A stretch of 26,090 nucleotides of DNA, taken from positions 1-26,090 of the IMG/VR virus record IMGVR_UViG_3300006755_000007. One strand, written 5' to 3'. This DNA is from a virus. Lineage: Duplodnaviria > Caudoviricetes. Below the pieces are notes generated by a model that did not search any database, had not been told where the DNA came from, and saw only the letters and a list, made by a program, of their open reading frames with translations. This document shows, piece by piece, positions 17,550-24,958 of this stretch (the stretch's first letter is position 1; every line of letters starts with the position of its first letter). A program made the translations under genes and the position numbers.

Positions 17550-17613
17550 GGCCGCACCCCTTGACCCACCAGCCGCAGCGGGCGCAGTAGCGGTACTCGG
17601 TTCCGTCGCTCAT
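17542..17613 (-). CDS. Micro-ORF, Cys-rich peptide (23 aa)
   Basis: TGATG overlap upstream and 8-nt overlap downstream; MSDGTEYRYCARCGWWVKGCGHG. Confidence 0.45.
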   Translation of the reverse strand: MSDGTEYRYCARCGWWVKGCGHG

Positions 17614-17786
17614 CAGCCACGTACCAGGGTCACGATGATCGCGACGATGACGACCAGGTTCACGCAGGACTGTGCGATGACACCCCCGACCGTCAGGGGC
17701 TTGCGCTCCTTCCCGACCGCCCACGGTGCCAGGAGCAGTCCCAGGGCGTGGATCACGAGGAGGCAGTAGAGCAGGATGGTGATCAT
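17613..17786 (-). CDS. Small 2-TM membrane protein (57 aa)
   Basis: ATGA coupling; two hydrophobic stretches flanking GKERKP. Confidence 0.7.
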   Translation of the reverse strand: MITILLYCLLVIHALGLLLAPWAVGKERKPLTVGGVIAQSCVNLVVIVAIIVTLVRG

Positions 17787-18112
17787 GATTCGTCCCTTTT
17801 GTTGAAGCGGGACCCAAGCCACTTGCTCGGGCCGACGGTCAGCCACCGGTTGGGGTGGCTTGGATCACGCATCAGCGTGACCTGCGGTTCTTCTTCCACA
17901 GCCCCTTCCGGGGCCGGTGGGGGAGCGGGGTTAGGTGTAGGTGGCACGCGCTTGGCGGCCCAGATGATCGCCCCCCACCCCACGGCCCACAGGGCCAGGA
18001 CCGAGAAGGTCGGGGTGATCGCCCACATGAGGCTGGCGAACCCCAGGACGACCGTCGTCGCGACGGCCGCCCCGGCGCAGCCGGTGCCCTCGGGGGTGTC
18101 GTCCTCGCTCAC
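17783..18112 (-). CDS. 2-TM membrane protein with Pro-rich tail
   Basis: GTGA coupling; hydrophobic hairpin then PPTPNPAPPPAPE. Confidence 0.7.
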   Translation of the reverse strand: MSEDDTPEGTGCAGAAVATTVVLGFASLMWAITPTFSVLALWAVGWGAIIWAAKRVPPTPNPAPPPAPEGAVEEEPQVTLMRDPSHPNRWLTVGPSKWLGSRFNKRDES

Positions 18113-18624
18113 GACACCACCGCCGTGAACCAGACACCAGCCAGGTTGGCCGCCGAGGCGAGCGGTACGGCCGCCCAGCGGGCTATCCCGGCCGAGAGGG
18201 CCAGGGTCCCGCCGGAGAGGAACCCTCGCCACTTCGAGCCGGTGGCGCCCTTGTCGTGGCGGACGTAGAAGACCACGAAGGACAGGATCGCCATGAACAG
18301 TCCGCCCGGCGTCAGGACCAGGTTGGCGGTCTGCGGGGCGAGCATCTGGGGGCCGCCGAACCCGTACTGATAGACCGCATCCCCGACGAAGGTCGAGCCC
18401 CAGATCATCCACTTGCCCAGCACCCCGGCCAGGCCGCCGACGCAGAGGGTGAACAGTGCCCCGATCGCCCAGGTGAGGACGAAGGGAAGCAGCTGCCCGA
18501 GGTAATGCAGCTTGCGCTTACCCGTGAGGGCCTTGATCCCGGGGTACCAGTCGGCGATCTCCCAGGCGAGCATCGAGAAACCGATCAGGAGGGTGCCGAT
18601 CGTGTAGTAGACGGGCGCGTTCAC
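18109..18624 (-). CDS. Multi-pass membrane protein (171 aa)
   Basis: GTGA coupling; about 4 hydrophobic Gly-rich segments. Confidence 0.75.
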   Translation of the reverse strand: MNAPVYYTIGTLLIGFSMLAWEIADWYPGIKALTGKRKLHYLGQLLPFVLTWAIGALFTLCVGGLAGVLGKWMIWGSTFVGDAVYQYGFGGPQMLAPQTANLVLTPGGLFMAILSFVVFYVRHDKGATGSKWRGFLSGGTLALSAGIARWAAVPLASAANLAGVWFTAVVS

Positions 18625-19472
18625 TTCGGGAGCACCCCCAGGTACCGCAGCAGCCGGGTGGCACGCTCCTGGCCGACGCCCAGGTGAGTCTTCATACCGA
18701 CCACGGTCGGGTTGCTCGTACTACCGACGTACTCGGTCGCGCCGGGCAGGTACGGCTTGTCCCGGTCTTCGAGTACGCCCCCCTCGATGGCTGAGGGACC
18801 GTCGGGTATGGGCTCCGGGTCGGGTACGACGGTCAGGTACGGGACGGGTGAGTCCGGGTCGCCGTACTCGGCCGTACTCCACGCCTCGGGTACGGAGTCG
18901 GGTACGGACGGGTGCGGGGTCCAGTCGTAGTTGAGTACGGGTGCGATGTCCGGCCCGGCCTCCGGGTACGGGAGTACGGCGGCGGTCTCCACCGGGTACG
19001 TACCCAGCTGCGCCGAGGTATCGGGTACGAGCTCCTCGGGGGCCTTCACCACACCCGAGAAGAACGCGTCCGCCGTACCCGCCTTGAGACCCCAGAGGAT
19101 CTCCTGCCGGGTACGTACCCGCTCCAGCGAGTGGACCCGCCAGACGATACCCGGGGCGATGGCGCCGACGGCGGCCGTGATACCCACCTCCCACCTGACG
19201 TCGTCGGGTACGAGGTCGGCGGCCAGGAGGTGCGAGGTGACGTTGGCCAGGACCATGACGAGTACGGCCGTGGCGACGTCGCGCCGTACTCGCAGCGCCT
19301 GAATGACGTACAGGTCGAGTGCGCCGGGTACGGCCACCGCCACGTACTCGTTGACGTGGGTGGCGGTGGCGAGTGTGTACTCGGCGTGGGCCGTACCCAC
19401 CAGAGCGCACAGGAGCGCTCCGGCGAGTACGGGGTGGGTACGTACCCAGGTGACTGCGGTGGGCGTACTCAT
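18621..19472 (-). CDS. SpdB/DUF2637-like membrane protein with C-terminal HTH-like motif (283 aa)
   Basis: ATGA coupling; 3-4 N-terminal TM segments (TAHAEYTLA, AVPGALDLY, GAIAP.IVWRVH), Pro/acidic linker and C-terminal PTVVGMKTHLGVGQERATRL; same architecture as Streptomyces plasmid spread proteins. Confidence 0.7.
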   Translation of the reverse strand: MSTPTAVTWVRTHPVLAGALLCALVGTAHAEYTLATATHVNEYVAVAVPGALDLYVIQALRVRRDVATAVLVMVLANVTSHLLAADLVPDDVRWEVGITAAVGAIAPGIVWRVHSLERVRTRQEILWGLKAGTADAFFSGVVKAPEELVPDTSAQLGTYPVETAAVLPYPEAGPDIAPVLNYDWTPHPSVPDSVPEAWSTAEYGDPDSPVPYLTVVPDPEPIPDGPSAIEGGVLEDRDKPYLPGATEYVGSTSNPTVVGMKTHLGVGQERATRLLRYLGVLPK

Positions 19473-19626
19473 GCCTGGCTCCGGTACCTGACGCACGGGC
19501 ACTCGGTGCACTGCTTGTACCCGGGCCGGGAGTCGGCGTACTCGATGTGCTGCGCGTACTCGTGTCCGCACCCGCGCGCCTGGCACTGGGGTACGGGCCC
19601 GTTGGGGGAGGTACCGTCCGTACCCC
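18728..19626. repeat. Dispersed array of GRGTACG/CGTACYC motifs inside coding sequence
   Basis: Hand count of about 30 heptamers (about 39 GTAC in 18642-19623), both orientations, including GGGTACGTACCC at 18994, 19109 and 19436. Confidence 0.88.
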
Positions 19627-20143
19627 ATGCCCGGCTCGACTCCTGAATGGTCTGAGCCGAGCGCTTGGCCACGTCGGCCATGCGGGTGAGTTCGGACAGC
19701 AGCCGGTTGGCCATGACGGTCGTCTGGTTGGCGAGCGAGGCGCACGGGTCGCCCGGCTGGCCGTGGCCGTCGCTCCAGGGCATGCGGCATACGCCGCACA
19801 GGGGCTTCGGGTGCGACCGGGCGTCCTCGTACTTCGGCTCCTCGTACCCGCTGCCAAGCGCCTGGTGCAGCGGCAGGACGCGCGCCACTTCGTCGCGCAC
19901 TCGGCGCACGATCAGCTGGTCGATCAGGCTGCCCTCGACCACGCTCGACTGCAACGGGTCCTTGAGTTCCAGCCATTCGCCGAGGGCGGCGTGCAGGCCG
20001 GCGACGCGGTCGTGGCGGGCGCGCACCTCGACCTCCTCGCCGCTGTCCCCCTCGGACCGGAAGATCAGGTAGTCCTGGCACTTGCGGATTGACAGGCGGT
20101 CGTCGTCCTCGTCCACGTGGCTGAAGATCAGTTCAAACTCCAT
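19469..20143 (-). CDS. Hypothetical protein with two putative Zn-binding motifs (224 aa)
   Basis: TGATG coupling; CGVC..H..C and CQARGCGH....H...CTECPC. Confidence 0.7.
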   Translation of the reverse strand: MEFELIFSHVDEDDDRLSIRKCQDYLIFRSEGDSGEEVEVRARHDRVAGLHAALGEWLELKDPLQSSVVEGSLIDQLIVRRVRDEVARVLPLHQALGSGYEEPKYEDARSHPKPLCGVCRMPWSDGHGQPGDPCASLANQTTVMANRLLSELTRMADVAKRSAQTIQESSRAWGTDGTSPNGPVPQCQARGCGHEYAQHIEYADSRPGYKQCTECPCVRYRSQA

Positions 20144-20583
20144 CAGCTGTCCTCTCCGGGCTCCCACGGGAGCCATTCCTTCGGTCCGGGGCCGGTCAGG
20201 CGCCGGAAGTGCGGCCGCAGGCGAAGCGTGTTCTTGTCGCGCGCCCGGTGGGCGACAATCGGGAGGGCCCCGCCCCGGCGCGCGAGGTTGATGAGCGCGA
20301 TGCGCTCGGCGGGCGGGATGACCGGGTTCGTGATCTTGCACTGAATGAAGATCAGGGGGTTGAACTTGACGATGAGCGGGCCCAGCGCCATCGACGGTTC
20401 CGGCGGCACGCCCCAGACGTCGACCTTGCCCCTGGAGCCGGAGGAGCGTCCGGCGTCGTAGCCGAACCCTCTCCAGCCGATATGGCGGGGCTGTGCGTAG
20501 GTCGTCTCGCAGGTGCAGCCGACCAGGTAGTGCATGACGTCCAGCTCGAACCCGGCGCCCTGGCGGGTCGTGTTCCTAGCCAC
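20143..20583 (-). CDS. Hjc-type Holliday junction resolvase / PD-(D/E)XK nuclease
   Basis: G..FE, GY...RSSGS...VD and IFIQCK motifs. Confidence 0.8.
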   Translation of the reverse strand: MARNTTRQGAGFELDVMHYLVGCTCETTYAQPRHIGWRGFGYDAGRSSGSRGKVDVWGVPPEPSMALGPLIVKFNPLIFIQCKITNPVIPPAERIALINLARRGGALPIVAHRARDKNTLRLRPHFRRLTGPGPKEWLPWEPGEDS

Positions 20584-20941
20584 GGAACGGGTTCTCCGGA
20601 TCGTCGTCGCCTGCGGCCAGGACCCGGCGAGACGACCGCAGGCGCGCGTACTCGGCGGCCGTGACGCGCCGCTCTGCCGCTTCGCGCCTCTCCTGCTCGT
20701 CCTGGCTCTGGCGCTTGTCCGGCAAAACGCCCGCCTCGCAGAGCTTGCAGGAGTCGTGCCAGTAGTGCCGGTACTCGTCGTTGTAGTGGTCCTCGACCTC
20801 GGACTCTGCGCGCTCCAGGACGTCGTCCAGGGCGCTCAGAGCCGACGCCTTGAGCTCGCCGGTCTCATACGGGACGTTCGTTTCATCGGTGGCGATGCGC
20901 AGGAGCTGAATCAGCCCCAGGGCCGTGTCTTTGTCGATCAT
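20576..20941 (-). CDS. Hypothetical protein (121 aa)
   Basis: TGATG coupling; H..H..C..C cluster and a charged helix. Confidence 0.65.
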   Translation of the reverse strand: MIDKDTALGLIQLLRIATDETNVPYETGELKASALSALDDVLERAESEVEDHYNDEYRHYWHDSCKLCEAGVLPDKRQSQDEQERREAAERRVTAAEYARLRSSRRVLAAGDDDPENPFRG

Positions 20942-21159
20942 CAGTCCTCGCTCCGGTAGATGCACTCGCTCTTGTGGACTTCCTTGCCCGTCAGGGTCAG
21001 GCAGGAGCCGCACAGCTCCTCGTCGTCCCTCAGCTCCTTGTTCCAGCGCCGCTCGCGCGCCCAGTCCATCGCCAGGCCGGTGATCATGATGATCACTCCG
21101 ACGAGGACGCCGAGGCACCCGGCCAGAAGCCAGATCTGCCACGTCTGCCATGTCTCCAC
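20941..21159 (-). CDS. Small single-TM protein with CxxC..H..C tail (72 aa)
   Basis: GTG 21159 after GAAGGGA; hydrophobic N-terminus. Confidence 0.65.
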   Translation of the reverse strand: METWQTWQIWLLAGCLGVLVGVIIMITGLAMDWARERRWNKELRDDEELCGSCLTLTGKEVHKSECIYRSED

Positions 21160-21189
21160 GGCTCTGTCCCTTCTCTCGGTGGTGCTGAG

Positions 21190-21237
21190 TGCCCCCGGCC
21201 GGATTCGATCCGGCACCCTCACGGCGTGCTCGGGGGC
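21190..21237 (-). ncRNA. Mini tRNA-like element (acceptor stem and T-arm; no D arm or normal anticodon arm)
   Basis: GCCCCCG-N16-GCCGG-ATCGAAT-CCGGC-CGGGGGC-A: 7-bp acceptor stem stacked on a 5-bp stem with a 7-nt loop; intergenic. Confidence 0.55.
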
Positions 21238-21253
21238 GGTACTGCGGCGGTGC

Positions 21254-22048
21254 TTAGACGGGCTTGGGGATGAGCGACTCGGCCGTCTGAATGATCGTCT
21301 GGAGGTCGCGTCCCTCGCGCACCGCGTTCCAGGCCCGGGTGTAGTAGGCGAGGTTGACGTAGAACGGGGGCTTCTTCTGGGAAGCCTTGTCCCGCATGAG
21401 GCGGTCCCGCAGGGTGAGGACGGGGTGGCCCACGTCGAGCTTCGCGCCGGTCTCCAGCTGGGCGAAGAACTCGGCGGCCGCCCCCTGGTCGATGCGCTGG
21501 AACAGGTGGTGGGCGACGCCCGTGACGGTGGCCGAGGCCGGCCGGAAGTGCGCGTTGACCCGGGTGCCGACGTCGGCGCTGCGGCGCAGCGAGCCGTTGG
21601 CGGCCAGGTACTCGCTCAGCTGGCCCGGCGTGGGGGCGAAGTGCGGGGTGAACTTGTGGTTGCCGTTGTCCCACATCCACGCCCGCCGGGCGGTGGCCGC
21701 CAGGACGTTGACGTTGATCTCGCCCCGGATCTTCCAGGCGTCGGCGGTGGTCCGCTTGCGACCGAGGTCCATGGTCTCCTGCGTCTGGATCGGCAGACCG
21801 GTGATCAGGAGGATCTCGATCGTGACGCCGGACTTGACGACGGCGCTGAGGCGGTGCTGGCCGTCCAGGAGGGTGCCGTCCTCGGAGAGCTTGATCGCCT
21901 CGCCATTGAGGCGCCATTCGCCGTTGGTCATGGCGTTGGCCAGCTCGGTGACGCGGCTGTCCGAGAGGTTGCGGTTGTGCTCGTTGCCCTTGAGAAAGGC
22001 GGTGGCCTCAGCCGGCCCGATCGTGGTGACGTTGGCGTCAATGGTCAT
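21254..22048 (-). CDS. ParB-like / DGQHR-domain protein (264 aa)
   Basis: N.HNR.LS, M.NGEW..NGEAI, LLDGQHRL.A and MDLGRKRT..D motifs; RBS AAGGA; has its own promoter-like motif. Confidence 0.8.
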   Translation of the reverse strand: MTIDANVTTIGPAEATAFLKGNEHNRNLSDSRVTELANAMTNGEWRLNGEAIKLSEDGTLLDGQHRLSAVVKSGVTIEILLITGLPIQTQETMDLGRKRTTADAWKIRGEINVNVLAATARRAWMWDNGNHKFTPHFAPTPGQLSEYLAANGSLRRSADVGTRVNAHFRPASATVTGVAHHLFQRIDQGAAAEFFAQLETGAKLDVGHPVLTLRDRLMRDKASQKKPPFYVNLAYYTRAWNAVREGRDLQTIIQTAESLIPKPV

Positions 22049-22109
22049 GTCTGGGTCCTTGTCTCGTGTTGGGTTCTCGGGGCCGGGCTCTTCATCTGCC
22101 CGGCCCCTC

Positions 22110-22150
22110 GATGTCTTAAGTAAACCCCGGTCCGTGTCCTGTGTCAACCC
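22110..22150 (-). promoter_or_regulatory. Conserved promoter-like motif, copy A
   Basis: GGGTTGACA-N16-GTTTACTTA-A-GACATC; same layout as 25334-25374. Confidence 0.75.
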
Positions 22151-23838
22151 TTGACGTACGGATCGAACACTCGGGCTGCGATCCGCACGTCGATGGCCGT
22201 CGACAGCTCGCCCCGACGCAGGCCCTCGGCCTGGACGCCCAGGCGCGCCGCCAGGTCCAGCTGCGGCTGGGAGGGCGCCGACTTCCGCCACCGGGCGCTA
22301 CGGGCCGTGGAGAAGGACGCGTAGTCCTCCGACACCGCCTCGCCCCAGGCCATGGCGCTCCCGAGGTCCAGGCCGGTGTACTGCGTGCGCTTCCACTTCT
22401 GCCTGCGCTCGGCCGTGCAGACGTCCCACAGCCCCGCCTCGGCCGAGGGCCACAGGAAGACGTAGGTCTCGCCGCAGTTGATGAACAGGACGCCCGCAGG
22501 CGTGCGCACCCACGCATGCTCCGAGGTCTCGAACGCGCTGACCTCTCGCGCCTTGAGTTCGAAGGCCAGCGAGCCGGCCGCCACCTTGGCGTTGGCCTCG
22601 GTCTCCTCTCGGATCTCCGCCTCGGCCAGCGACTCGCCGTCCCGGATCGGCCCCCGGTAGTGGTCCGGCTCCAGGTCGATCAGGGTGCGCAGCTTGTTGG
22701 CCGAGGCGCCGACCAGGTCGAGCACCAGGGCCTCGGTCTTGCCGGGGTACGGCCGCAGGACCCGGCCCACCATCTGCGTGTACAGCGGGGCCGACTGGGT
22801 GGGCCGGGCGATGACCGCTACCTCGGCCTGCGGCATGTCGAAGCCCTCGGTGAGCACCATGCAGTTGACCAGGACCTGAAGCTTCCCGGTGCGATAGGCG
22901 TCGTAGATCGCCTGACGGTCCTCCCGGGGTGTGGTGCCGTCCACAACGGCCGACGGGATGCCGCCCTCGGAAAGGGCTTCCCAGGCCGCGTGCGCGGTCT
23001 CCACCGTCGGCGTGAACACGATGCCTTGACGGCTCCCGGCGTGGTCCTGGTAGGCCCTGGCAATGGCATCGTCGGCCTGCGACTCCATCAGGGCCCGGCC
23101 GAGGTCTCCGGCCTGCCAGTCACCCCTGGACGACTTCACCCCGCCCAGGTCGAGCGCCTTCAGGTCGATCTGCCGGGTCCGGACGTCGGTCAGATAGCCC
23201 TTCGAGATCATCCACAGGATCGACTTCTGGTAGACCACGTCATCCCACTGGTCCCCGAGGCCCCGCCCGTCGCCACGGGCCATGGTGGCCGTGACGCCGA
23301 GCTGGAGCGCGTTGGGGAACGCCGCGTAGACCTTCTGGTACGACGCGGCTGCGGCGTGGTGGCACTCGTCGGTGATGATCAGGCCGATGGGGCGCGACTC
23401 GGGCAGTGCCCAGCTGGATCCACCTCCCTCCTCCGCCGCCCACAGTTGCTGACGTCGCTTCTCGCTGGCCAGCGTCTGGACGGACGCCACGATCACGTCC
23501 GCCGCGACGTCGTTGTCCTGCGCCTTGACCTTGCCGACGTTCACGCCCGGCATGACCGCGCGCAGCTTGGCGATGGCCTGGTCCACCAGCTCGTCACGGT
23601 GGGCCAGGATCATGACGCGGCGGCCCTTGTCCGGCCACTGGGTGATCCGCATGTCCGTCCCGATCGGCGTCACAGCGGTCTGGTAGCTCATGAACTCCCG
23701 GACCAGGGCCGAGAACACCACGGTCTTGCCGGCGCCGGTCGGAAGGACGATGGCCGGGCGCTGCATGCCGCCCGACCACGCCCCGAAGACCGCGTCGATC
23801 GCAGCGCGCTGGTAGTCGCGCAGCTTGATCTCGGTCAC
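22144..23838 (-). CDS. SF2 DEAD/DEAH-box helicase
   Basis: LRDYQ, PTGAGKT, AHRDEL, DECHH, TAT, LTEGFD and QMVGRVLR motifs. Confidence 0.95.
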   Translation of the reverse strand: MTEIKLRDYQRAAIDAVFGAWSGGMQRPAIVLPTGAGKTVVFSALVREFMSYQTAVTPIGTDMRITQWPDKGRRVMILAHRDELVDQAIAKLRAVMPGVNVGKVKAQDNDVAADVIVASVQTLASEKRRQQLWAAEEGGGSSWALPESRPIGLIITDECHHAAAASYQKVYAAFPNALQLGVTATMARGDGRGLGDQWDDVVYQKSILWMISKGYLTDVRTRQIDLKALDLGGVKSSRGDWQAGDLGRALMESQADDAIARAYQDHAGSRQGIVFTPTVETAHAAWEALSEGGIPSAVVDGTTPREDRQAIYDAYRTGKLQVLVNCMVLTEGFDMPQAEVAVIARPTQSAPLYTQMVGRVLRPYPGKTEALVLDLVGASANKLRTLIDLEPDHYRGPIRDGESLAEAEIREETEANAKVAAGSLAFELKAREVSAFETSEHAWVRTPAGVLFINCGETYVFLWPSAEAGLWDVCTAERRQKWKRTQYTGLDLGSAMAWGEAVSEDYASFSTARSARWRKSAPSQPQLDLAARLGVQAEGLRRGELSTAIDVRIAARVFDPYVKG

Positions 23839-23930
23839 TTGCCCTTCTCCTTCTCCGCCTTGGCGGCCGCCTGACGGCGCTTGCCCGCCGAGCTGCGCCG
23901 TTCGTTGCCGGTCGGGTTCTTCCCGACCAT
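23835..23930 (-). CDS. Micro-ORF, basic peptide (31 aa)
   Basis: MVGKNPTGNERRSSAGKRRQAAAKAEKEKGK; GTGA overlap with the helicase start. Confidence 0.45.
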   Translation of the reverse strand: MVGKNPTGNERRSSAGKRRQAAAKAEKEKGK

Positions 23931-23943
23931 GTCCCTGGGGTCC

Positions 23944-24174
23944 TCAGCCACGTCCCATGACCTCCACGCTCTGCCGGTACCAGCCCGAGTCGGCCACGGT
24001 GCAGCCGGGGTACGCCTCGTTGAAGCGCTTGCGCATCGACTCCTCCAGCTCCTGCCGAGCGTGGTCCGTGTCGTGCACGAACGCCGGACAGGTCATCTGG
24101 ACGTACGGCGTGCCGTGGTACTGCTCGACGGGCTCCCCCAGGATGAGGAACACCCAGATGCTGACGATCATCAC
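23944..24174 (-). CDS. Hypothetical protein (76 aa)
   Basis: RBS GAGGTG; tightly packed in the operon. Confidence 0.6.
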   Translation of the reverse strand: MMIVSIWVFLILGEPVEQYHGTPYVQMTCPAFVHDTDHARQELEESMRKRFNEAYPGCTVADSGWYRQSVEVMGRG

Positions 24175-24175
24175 G

Positions 24176-24427
24176 TCACCTCTTCGGTGCAGGCTTCGGC
24201 GCCTGCGGCTTGACCATGGAGACCTTCGGCGACAGGGTCTTGACGCTCGCCTTGGGAGCGGCCGGCTTCGGCGACAGGGTCTTGCGGGGCTTGGCCCGGT
24301 CGATGTCGACGTCCAGTTCTACGCCGGGCACGTCCGGGACGTCCGCCGGGGCGGTGCACTTGTCCAGGGCCAGCACGCCCGCCACGATCAGGCTGAAAAC
24401 GACGAAGGCCAGAAGCACGTGTCTCAT
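24176..24427 (-). CDS. Small membrane/secreted protein with Lys/Pro-rich tail
   Basis: ATGA coupling; N-terminal hydrophobic helix; KTLSPK occurs twice. Confidence 0.7.
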   Translation of the reverse strand: MRHVLLAFVVFSLIVAGVLALDKCTAPADVPDVPGVELDVDIDRAKPRKTLSPKPAAPKASVKTLSPKVSMVKPQAPKPAPKR

Positions 24428-24633
24428 GCCGAGGCCTCGCGCTCCACCGAGATCCAGGCGGCCAGGATGTTCTGGGCCTCACGGATCCTGCGGGCGTTGC
24501 GGCTCATCTCGGTGTTGCTGCGGGTCATCGCCGGAACGGTGCGTCCCGCCGACTCCAGCCGGGCGAGCGTCAGCTCCGCCTCGGCCCGGTGCTTCCTGAT
24601 CGTCGCCAGGACGATCGGGTGTACGCCGCTCAT
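24424..24633 (-). CDS. Hypothetical protein (69 aa)
   Basis: RBS AAGGAG; stop coupled to the next gene. Confidence 0.6.
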   Translation of the reverse strand: MSGVHPIVLATIRKHRAEAELTLARLESAGRTVPAMTRSNTEMSRNARRIREAQNILAAWISVEREASA

Positions 24634-24958
24634 CACTGCTCTCCTTCCACTTCGCTTCCCAAAACTCTTCGGTCTCCCGGTCGGCGCCGCACCGAATGCA
24701 GGCGCCGGACCGGTTGTACTCGTGCTCGGCGAACGTGACGCCCCAGGACGCCACGCAGACGTACCAGCCCCGCCCCTGCCGCCGGACTCTCCACGTTCCG
24801 TCCCGAATCCCCCGGGAGCGGTTCTTGTCGTACGCGCTGCGCCAGGCCTTGCACCTCACGCACCGGCACTTGAACCAGCGGTGGGCGAAAGAACTGCCGT
24901 GCGATACGTGGTCGGGGAGGTCCACCGGCGGTTGCGGCGGATCGGGGCGCCTGCTCAC
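24479..24958 (-). CDS. Zn-binding hypothetical protein
   Basis: GTGA coupling to the LuxR-like gene; HG...CRCVRC and H......CIRCG motifs; C-terminal tail overlaps the next gene. Confidence 0.6.
   Translation of the reverse strand: MSRRPDPPQPPVDLPDHVSHGSSFAHRWFKCRCVRCKAWRSAYDKNRSRGIRDGTWRVRRQGRGWYVCVASWGVTFAEHEYNRSGACIRCGADRETEEFWEAKWKESSDERRTPDRPGDDQEAPGRGGADARPAGVGGTHRSGDDPQQHRDEPQRPQDP

Noticed and set aside
18642-19626. GTAC array as a CRISPR array or tandem repeat
   Set aside because: Units are only about 7 bp, irregularly spaced, in both orientations and inside intact ORFs; no cas genes.
19473-20081. Long N-terminal extension of the Spd-like gene (486 aa)
   Set aside because: Arg/Pro-rich off-frame read of the upstream gene; the ATGA-coupled start at 19472 is preferred.
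21190-21237. Canonical tRNA gene
   Set aside because: Only 48 nt with no D arm or proper anticodon arm; reported as tRNA-like instead.
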